Positions 54,684 to 64,000 of a DNA stretch of 64,000 nt are shown in pieces (within the stretch, counting starts at the first letter, position 1; each line of letters begins with the position of its first letter). Under the pieces are notes generated by a model. The model ran no database searches. It was given only the letters and a program-made list of their open reading frames with translations, and was not told where the DNA came from. Position numbers and translations under genes: made by a program. Origin of the DNA: Narcine bancroftii. Its lineage: Eukaryota. The stretch spans positions 28,892,001 to 28,956,000 of the forward strand of contig NC_091475.1 of the NCBI RefSeq assembly GCF_036971445.1, given 5' to 3'.

Positions 54684-55172
54684 CTTAAAGAAAAAGAATA
54701 GCTTTGCACTTCAGATACCACATAGCAGGCATGTTTCCCCCCTCCAATTAGATGGATTCAGTGGAGAGCAAATTGACTGCTTTTCCTCAAGTCCTCCCCG
54801 AGAAGAGCATGATGTTTAACAGTGTCATTTATTTATATAACCTGCTATGCGGTACTGCATAAAGCTAATTTGATTCTCTAACTGAAAATGTTAATTTCAA
54901 TTCAAAAATGCAATTAAAGCTGAAGACATTCATCATAATTAACCTTATAAAATGCTCGAATTGCCCATTCAATTATATTCCTTGGAATTCTGTCTGCATG
55001 GTGATTAACAACATAAGCAGTTTTTAAATTAATTTGATGCTTTGAAAACATATTCTAATATGCAAGATGTTTAACCAGTAAAACTCCCACATAAAAGTCT
55101 AATTTATGGAAAATCCACTAGAAAATTCCTTTTTTTTTAGGTGAAATACAATGTATTTACACACTACACCTA

Positions 55173-55604
<432 letters not shown>

Positions 55605-56139
55605 CTATGAGAAAGATACTAATTACAAAAAGGAATAGGTGTACAACTTGGTCAGTTTCAGACCAAAAATATTTTGAATAAATATGGAGGAAAATTACAC
55701 AAATTTACATTTTATGTTAAAATCATTTAAATCACTTAAATTACAATGAAATTCATAACTGTAGTATCATTTTGTGAATGGTGAAATACAAAGCATGCAT
55801 AATGTTTGTCTTCATTCCTTCAGTGCCATTCCATTGTTATTATTAAACAAATCTTGAAATTCAAGATCTTACACAATTAACAGCCTGGCAGCTCCTTTTT
55901 ATACATTTCCATCCTTGACTATTCACTTCATATCCTTAATTATTCACTTTACATCTTTTGTCATTTGTCCTTAAATTACTGACCTATTATTTAAGTTCTC
56001 CACAGTCTAACTTGTGGCACTTTATCCTTAACGCTGCTTTCCTTAGTGAGTATGGGATCGTTTTGCAAATTATTCAGATTTATTGTCTGAATACATACAC
56101 GACAGCATACAAAACCCTGAGATTCTTTTTCCTTTGGCC

Positions 56140-56575
56140 AGGCAGAATTACCACTCATTGGTAGTGCAAGAAAAACTGTACACGTAAACAAATAAAGAAA
56201 TGTGAACAACTAACTGTGCAATACAAAGAGGGAAAAAAATATATGAAGTGTAAAATTGAGTCACTGCTTGAGACCACTGTTGAGGAGTTTGATGGAGGAG
56301 GGGGAGCAACTGCTCCTGAACCTGGTGCTGCGAGTCTTGTGGCACCGATATCCCCTTTCCTGATGGTAGCAGTGAGAACAGAGTGCGTGCAGTGGGGTGT
56401 GGATCCTTGATGTTCGCTGCTGCTCTCTGACAGCAGTGTTCTCTGTAAGATGTTCTCGATGGTGGGGAGGGCTTTGCCTGTAATGGCCTGGGCTTTATGC
56501 TCAGGGGTATTGGTATCCCCATTCCAGATCATGATGCAGCTGAAATTTGCCAGGGTTTCTGATGGCATACCAAGC
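56140..56575 (-). mobile_element. Rex/Babar-like LINE 3' fragment
   Basis: IKDPHPTA..LFSLLPSGK motif in ORF 56148..56522; homologous to 57581-58348. Confidence 0.75.
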
Positions 56576-57397
56576 TTCCATTGAATAAGTTTTCACATTC
56601 TTAAATTTGTCTAGATATCCTTAGAAATAGCACTATATACTTGCATTACATGACTGAAATTAAACTAGCATATCTCTGATCCACACACTTAACTACTAGT
56701 GTTTTAAAACAACTCCGATTAGCTTACAGAATTTTTTTCCACCACGGAGGGTGCCTGTTATGACTGAAAACAAACTATTGGAGGAATTCAGTAGGCCAAG
56801 CAGCATCTGTCAAAGCAGAAGAATAGTTGGCGGTTTAAGAGCCTGCATCAGCACAACATCGACCATCTTTCTACCCTCAGATGCTGCCTGATCAAGTTCA
56901 ATATAATTTTTGTTCCAATAATCTGCAGTCTTTTAAGCTTCCATCTGTTATGGCTTGTTTGGCCATCAGTTTCCTCCACTTTTCTAGCTTCAACGTTATC
57001 CTATTCCCATTTAAGAATTTGACACTCATGAGACTATGTTAACTTCCCTGGCATTTCCTTGATCTCACGGTGACTTCAAACTCCAACTAGCATTGCACCT
57101 CTTATTTTAACTCTCTACTCCCTGTAATGGTCTCAACTCCATTCCCCCTTTAACATTAACATATTTATTATACAAAGGGTATATTTATTTTTAAAATTTT
57201 GTTCTGAAGCTGTGCATGGAGTTTGGAAATTTCTAATTTTAGTTAAATTAATCCAAAAATAACAAAATATGTAGATTTAGCATTAGATTACCATCATTTA
57301 TCAGGACATCATTGTCAACCCACAAAAAAGTCTATTTGCACATTATGAGCTCAAGCAAGGCACTCTCAACACAAAAACAAATGGATTAAAAAAAAAA

Positions 57398-57399
<2 letters not shown>

Positions 57400-57435
<36 letters not shown>

Positions 57436-57450
57436 GACTATATATATATA
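57400..57450. repeat. (TA)n microsatellite
   Basis: Seen directly, with one interruption. Confidence 0.95.
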
Positions 57451-57545
57451 AAAAACCCAGTTTTATTGTTAAACAAGTAAAATTGCTTTTGCAATCAGAT
57501 TTTTACATGATTTTTGTTTTAAAATTGAAAGATTCAGGCCATATA

Positions 57546-59843
57546 AAGTGCCCTCCATAATGTTTGGGACAAATGTTTGGGAGCTGATTGTTGACTTCAG
57601 AAAAGGAAAGCCAGAGTTATACAATTCAGTGATCATTGGGGGATCAGAGGTGGAGAGGGGGAGCAAATTCAATTTCTTGGGAGCCACTATCTTAGAGGAT
57701 CTTTCCTGGACCCAATAAACTAATGGCATCATGAAGAATGCAGGTCAGTGCTTCTATTTTCTCAGGAGTTCGTGGAGGTTTGGTATGAAATCAGAAACCC
57801 TGGCAAATTTCTACAGATGTATGGTGGAAAGTGTGTGGACTGGCTACATCATGGTCTGCTATGTGGACACCAACACCTCTGAGCATAAAGCCCTGTAAAA
57901 GGTAGTGGACACAGCCCAAGATATCAGAGGCAAAACACTTCCCAGTATTGAGAACATCTTCAGGGAGAGCAGCAGCAATCATCAAGGATCCACACGACCC
58001 AGCACATGCTCTGTTTTCATTGCTGTCATCAGGAAAGAGGCACAGGTGCCATAAGATTCACACTACCAGGTTCATGAACAGCTGCTGCCCCTCCACCATC
58101 AGACTCCTCAACAACACACTCAATCAGGGGATCATTTAAGGACGGTCACTTGTGCACTTTATTGACTTTTTAAAATTCTCTCTGCATTACAGTCAGTTCG
58201 TTTACATTTATTATCCGTTTACAGTTCTTTATTTGCTTACATGTATATCTGTATATATTTTTTGCGCTACTAGTAAGTGGCAATTCTGCCTTGACCACAA
58301 ATAAAATATGTGATGCCATGTATTTACTCCAATAAATCTGAAATCTGACCCTTTTTTTCCTTTTATTTGCTTGTATTCCACAGTTATAAATTTGTAATCA
58401 AACAATTCACATGTAATACAGTGCACATTCCAGATTTTATTCAAGGTTATTTGTAGACATTTTTGTTTGACCATATAGAACTTGCAACACTTTTTATAAA
58501 CAGTCCACTTATTTCAGGGCTCCATAATATTTGTGACATTTGGCTTTACAAGTGTTTGTGATTACTCAGGTAAGTTTAATTGCTTCATTAATCCAGGTAT
58601 AAGAGAAGCTAGGCTTGCTTCTAAGCTTTTGATCCCCTTTGGAGTCTGAAGTTGCCATTTTTCATCATGAGAACCAGACTTGTGCCAATGAAAGTCAAAG
58701 AAGCCACTGAGGCTGAAAAACAAGAATAAAATAGTAACATCACCCAAACTTTAGAATTACCAACATCATTAAGAAGAAAGAGCACCCTGATGAGCTCAGT
58801 AATCGCCAAGTGACTGGTGGGCCATGGAAGACCTCCACTGCTGCTGACAGAAGAATTCTCATCATGATGAAGAAAAATCTCCATGCATATGTCCAACAGA
58901 TTAGAAACACTCTTCAGGAGGCAGATGTGGATATGTCAATGACTACTGACAACAGAAGACTTGACAAAAGGAAATACAGAGGCTATACTGCAAGATGCAA
59001 ACCATTAGTTAGCCACAGAAAGGATGGCCCAATTATAGTTTACCAAGAAGTATTTAAAAGAAACTGCTTTATTCTGGAAAAAGGTTCTATTGTCAGAGGA
59101 GACCAGACCAAGATTAACTGTATCAGAGTGACAACAAGAGCAAAGTGAGGAGGCGTAAAGGAACTGCCCAACATCCAAAACATACCACCTTTGCCATGGT
59201 TACATCTTGCAGTGTAGCCTCTGTATATCTGTAGCTCATGAAGTCTTCTGCAAACAGTAGTCATTGACATATCCACACCTGCCTCCTGAAGAGCGTTTCT
59301 AATCTGATGGACATATGCATGGAGATTTTTTCTTCATTGTGATGAGAATTCTTCTGTCATCAGCAGTGGAGATCTTCCTTGGAAGACCAGTCCCTTTGCA
59401 ATAACTAAGATCACCGGTATGCTCTTTCTTCTTAATTATGTTCCATACTGTTGATTTTGATAATCCGAAAGTTTGGGTGATGTTTTAATCTTGTTTTTCA
59501 GCCTCAAAATTGCTTCTTTGACTTTCATTGGCACAACTCTGGTCCTCATGGCAACTACATACTTCAAAGGTTACCAAAAGTTTAGAAGCAAGTCTAGTTC
59601 TCTTAAAGTAATTAAGCATACCTGAATACTCACAAACACCTGTGAACCCAAATGTCCCAAACATTATGGTGCCCTGAAATGAGTGGTCTATATATAAAAA
59701 GTCAAACTAAATTAACCTTGAATAAAATATGGAATGTGCACTTTAATTACATGTGAATTGTTTGATTCCACATTTAAAACTGTGGAGCACAATGGCAAAT
59801 AAAGGAATAAAGTGTCTTTTCCCAAACATTATGGAGGGCACTG
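57546..59843. mobile_element. Fold-back non-autonomous Tc1 (IR/DR type) with a Rex insertion in its left arm
   Basis: TA-(a)AGTGCCCTCCATAATGTTTGGGAC ... CCCAAACATTATGGAGGGCACTG-TA; inner DRs near 58520 and 59650; Tc1 transposase N-terminus on both strands (ORFs 58810+ and 59040-). Confidence 0.88.
57581..58348 (+). mobile_element. Rex/Babar-like LINE 3' fragment
   Basis: ELIVDFRK, IIKDPHDPAHALFSLLSSGKRH...TIRLLN; tail aataaatctgaaatctga. Confidence 0.8.
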
Positions 59844-61446
59844 TACATAACTACTGTCACATAATTAGTTTTCAATACCATTATATGCAAATTTTATCCA
59901 GACCTGAGGCTGCATGATCATTTCACTTCTTCTCCCTCTCCACCCACCCTATACACTTTTGAAAATTCTTTTCTTGTTACCCTTCTTTGACTTCTCTCTC
60001 CTGTTATCATTCCACTTCTTATTTCCACACCCCCAAATCCTTTCAGCACTCCTTGACCTTTCTATACATCCACTAATGTTCAGTCTGTGGATGTGTAGGG
60101 GGTCTCTCTCCAATACCTCTATATTTTCTCAAAGGCTCATTTGTTGTCCCTTGATATGATGAACTCCAAAAATCATTGAACCCTTTACTAACCTTCCCAC
60201 TCACCTACTGGGGCTAATCCTACTGGTCTCCTTCCCATCCAATTCTTTGAATAAATCACTTTTACTCTTGACAAATCCTTTTCACAATATAACTTCATTT
60301 ATGAACTTATCATCTACAAGATACCTGGGATAATTGAACAGATATGACCTTCATTGAATCTAGGTTAAGGGGACATGATACCTCCTGATTAGAAGACTCC
60401 TTATCCAGCAGCACCTTCCCCCATGCTCTCCACCCAAACAGTTTTAACAACAAATCACAACTTGGCCCATGGTAATGGAGTGGTTGTTACCGGTAATCTT
60501 ACTTCCTTCAAATTCTGTTGTACACATTTTTATCTCATTTAAATTAACAATCCTTCAAACACATCCACGAATGAAATTTTCAGAACTCCAAATGGGAGGA
60601 AAATAATCTAAACTAGTACTGCAATCAATAGACACAGAAACTTACTTGACAGATAAATTGTATTGGAATAAAAACTCTTAATACGGTAATCGTTTTATTG
60701 ACCTTTGTCTAAAACTACCAGCTTTCAGTTGCTCACTTCAGATTTTTAGGTGTTTCGAGCCTCATAATTCATGATAGCTCAATTTCTCTTTGACATAATA
60801 AATCTGTTCTGCCTATGCAAACTTCTGCAAATGCGAATAAAGATCAAAAATTCATGAGGTACTTCTTCATGTTTAACAGTCACCTTGTGTTGGGAGCATC
60901 ATCCCTTGCAAAGTTTTGTTAAACCAAATGGTCTTCAACAACTCAAACACAAATTACAATCCCAATAGCTCTGTACACAAGTAATGTTGAGAGAAATGCA
61001 TAAACTAGGTTAATTTTGTATAATAATGCTATTCATGACATTATCAATTACAAGAATATTTTCATATTAAAGCTTTGTAAACTTCTCTCCAAAGTGCTAA
61101 CCCTGGAAATCATACGGTCAAATTAACAACCTTTATGTGTTTATGAAATTTAAGAGCAAGAGATAGATTACACCCGCTGAATGAGATTTAAAAGTTCCAT
61201 GAGAAATAAGGAATTTGGGTAAGGGTATACATTTTTTAAAAAAAAACAAATTTTGGAAATCTAATGAGTAAGATGAGAAAGAAAGGCTAATGTTTTAGAT
61301 ACAAATATCATTAGAATGAATAAACAGATTTTCACTATCCATCTGTTTTTTTGTTGTAACTATTGGGTAAAAATACATGGATGAGACATAGTTTTTAAAA
61401 TGATAGATTCAAAAACTAACATTACATCATCTAATTTTATTTTTAC

Positions 61447-61573
61447 CTGCCAAGGAAGTACCAGGATTGGCCAGAGTTAGGATCTGCCTCTAAAGATTTT
61501 TGGAGACACTGAATAGCAAAACTTTCCTTTGTTGTTTTGTCTCCCAATGGCTCGACTGTGTGATGCATCCAGC
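61447..61573 (-). CDS. KDM6A: KDM6A exon ~10 (TPR region): [43 protein letters not shown]
   Basis: Manual translation matches UTX TPR sequence; tttgcag acceptor, AG/gtaaaa donor; 127 nt. Not in the ORF track. Confidence 0.96.
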
Positions 61574-61819
61574 CTGCAAAACAGGAATGCTAATGAATTG
61601 TATTAACAGCACAGAAAAACTACCACGTGATGCTTTTTATGCAAAGCTTCTTTGGAAGGAAAATATTTTTCAATGTTTTAATTAACTATGTGATTACCTA
61701 ACAATTATTGATATCTTTATTACAATATTCAATAATTACTACAAGCCTACCATTTCAAGATGACTGTTAAGTTTCAACCTTTTTCTGCAACAGACTGACA
61801 ATTGGAAGTACCTAAGAGG

Positions 61820-62017
61820 GTGCAGAGATTTACAAGGATATTGCTGGATTGGAAAATATGAGGCAAGGTTAGAAGACTTGGGACTTTTCTCTTTGGTGCA
61901 CAGAAGAGTGAGAGAAGACTTAATAGAGGTCGCTTTATGAAAAGCATTGATAGGGTAGATAGCTAGCGCCGGTTCCCAGGGCTTGAATAGCAAACACCAG
62001 AGGATGTGAGCATAAAG
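61820..62017 (+). mobile_element. CR1 3' ORF2 remnant, truncated by an LTR element
   Basis: Translates as RLEDLGLFSLVHRRVREDLIEV. Confidence 0.65.
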
Positions 62018-64000
62018 TATGACATGCTCCCATTTTTCAGTTCATTTTATTGTGTGGGACTGTCCTTTTAAGAGAACAGATTTAACAAATTGCCTGCAGG
62101 ATTTGAAGTGACTGAAATTCACACCAAGCTTTGAACATCATGTTCCTTTTACTGGACACATTTGCAGAGTCAACAAGCCCTGGAGAAGCCAGGTGTAGAG
62201 ATTATGTGACTATCTTATTGAAAAGACAGGGCATAGTTTGCTCAGGAGGCCATTTTAAAGAAGCAGCACAAGAGTAACGAGCTCTTTGCCTCCTTTGTTG
62301 GATTCAGAAACCCACTTGGCCTCATTGTGCAGCTGTAGGCAAATTGTCAAGAGTTCCTCCTGTTAGTATAGAGGGTTGAGAGACCACTTTGACTGACCCA
62401 CAAAAAGGGTTATAATTGCAGAAGAAATACTACACTCTACTTCGACTGCCCCACAAAAAGGGTTGTAACTGCAGAAGAAGGCACTTGTCTAAAGAGGACA
62501 CTGAAGCACCTCAATATGGGTTTCATGAGTAATCAACGTTCTGCTGCCCACAATTTCTTTCACCTACTTCAGGAACTGCTAACTTCATCTTAAGGCCTGC
62601 ATGTCACACCCACTTAAGGCCTGTGTGTCGCACCAATTTCAAACCCACGTGTCGTCATTGAATTTCTGAAAATGAACTTATAGAACTGCCTTCTGAGAAT
62701 TAAGTAATGAGTTGTAGTGGCTTGGGATATTCTACACACACCAGTATATTCACACATAGTTAAGTATATATAAGTTTAGATAAGTTAATTAGAGTAGGTG
62801 TTATAACATTGTTGATTAATCATTAAAAATATTATTGTAGCCATGCGCTACTTGAAAGAAGACATACACATAGTGTAGTCAGGTTAAGCTCAGAGTTTTA
62901 TTAGGGCTCAGGCCCGACCTTTATACTTGCATTGTTCCTGCTGTGGCCCTCCTTGGCTGAAGTCACAACATACATAACAAAAGCGGGTTTTCCACGCGCG
63001 GGCATTTTACTGCATAACAACGCCCTTCTTTCCCGCACACTGTCCCTGTCTGTTGGCTGCGCAGCAAGGCCAGCACCATTTTGGGGTCGCTGGCTTTTAA
63101 GCTGCCCTTGCCATTCACCAGCCGGTTTGCTTGTTGGGGCCAGTGCCTCCACGCAAGCTGCTGGCCTTTGGTTGCTCTCACTTGCTCGATCACCGCCACC
63201 ACACTATTTTAAATATAACACCGTCTGGTCTAATTTTTAATCGCTGCTGTCATGTACATACAAAATTGGAGGCTCATCTGGGATCACATCAAATTGGGAG
63301 TCGAGTGATCAATTAATTTTCAATTTGACTGATTAGAATTTTTTAAGCTAAATTAAAGGCTTGTGTGTGGAATGATAGCAGCGATGAACATTGATAAGCT
63401 TATGGAATCATCCACCTTTGCAGATTTGAAGGGGGCGAGAAAGAGTGAGTTGTTGACTATCACACAAATGTTGGAACTTGCAGTGGTAAAACCAGTGATG
63501 AAAAAGGCAGAGATTCAGGAAATTATAGGGCACTAATATGTAAGAGAAGGGAAGTCTGGAAAGGAGGAGGTAACAATTTATTCAGAGTGAATCCCGTGAA
63601 CAGCGGTCACCAGGGAATTGGATTGAATTAGAAAAACTTTAATTGGAGTTTGAGAAAGAAAAACTGATCTGCAGCGGCGGAGAGAGAACAAAATGAATTA
63701 GAAAATCTTAAGATTAGCGAATACAGAGAGAAGAGAGGGAGAGGCTGAGCTAGAATTAGCAAAACCTAGGTTGGCAGGGGTGGAAGCCAAAAGACAAAGG
63801 AGATTTGAGGTAGAGGAAGCCAAAAAGTAAAAGGAGGAAGCCGAAAGACAAAGGCAGTTTGAGTTAGAAAACCTTCAGTTAGAGAATAAAAGAGAGAAGG
63901 GTGAAGGAAGTCTACCTTCTGGTACTAGCGAGGAGTTTAGGACCAGTAGGGAGATGGCATTGTTTGATCTGTTTGATGAGGCAGAAGAAATACTGCACTC
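62018..64000 (+). mobile_element. Gypsy-type LTR retrotransposon 5' end: LTR (~62018-63262), tRNA-Pro PBS (63267-63284), decayed gag from 63384
   Basis: PBS tggaggctcatctgggat vs tRNA-Pro complement TGGGGGCTCGTCCGGGAT; gag-like MNIDKLMESSTFADLKGARKSELL... then E/R-rich coiled coil with stops. LTR start inferred. Confidence 0.72.
62836..63203 (-). mobile_element. Small solo LTR (368 bp) nested in the larger LTR
   Basis: TG...CA termini; TSD ttat/ctat; minus-strand TATAAA (~62921-62926) and AATAAA (~62897-62902). Confidence 0.7.

Noticed and set aside
54731-54840. snoRNA or miRNA in the stem-enclosed loop
   Set aside because: No terminal C/D boxes or H/ACA double hairpin seen, and the loop is too large for a pre-miRNA.
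62391-62479. 36-bp direct repeat pair resembling a CRISPR repeat
   Set aside because: Only two imperfect units with a 17-bp gap, inside an LTR; typical of U3 duplications.

Overview
Eukaryotic (vertebrate) genomic DNA, not prokaryotic. The window holds the central 18 coding exons of a KDM6A/UTX H3K27 demethylase gene on the minus strand. These are exons ~10-27 by human long-isoform numbering: 3310 nt of CDS, all GT-AG, with consistent phases, covering the end of the TPR region, the disordered middle and most of the JmjC domain with intact H-x-E...H iron ligands. The first ~9 and last ~3 exons lie outside the window. The introns are filled with repeats typical of an elasmobranch (shark/ray; taxon inferred): HE1/V-SINEs, CR1, Rex/Babar, RTE, L1, Penelope remnants with hammerhead-like cores, Gypsy LTRs, Tc1/Tigger MITEs and a 3-bp-TSD DNA transposon. 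The most notable observation is a candidate in-frame 48-nt cassette exon in intron 12. It encodes an LxxLL motif, and its predicted branch-point region sits in a strand-specific RNA stem. Also notable are a near-perfect 294-bp inverted duplication, a twin-primed L1 with TSD, a fold-back Tc1, and triple-nested insertions. Exon boundaries were read to the base; many repeat boundaries are approximate, and no database searches were run.
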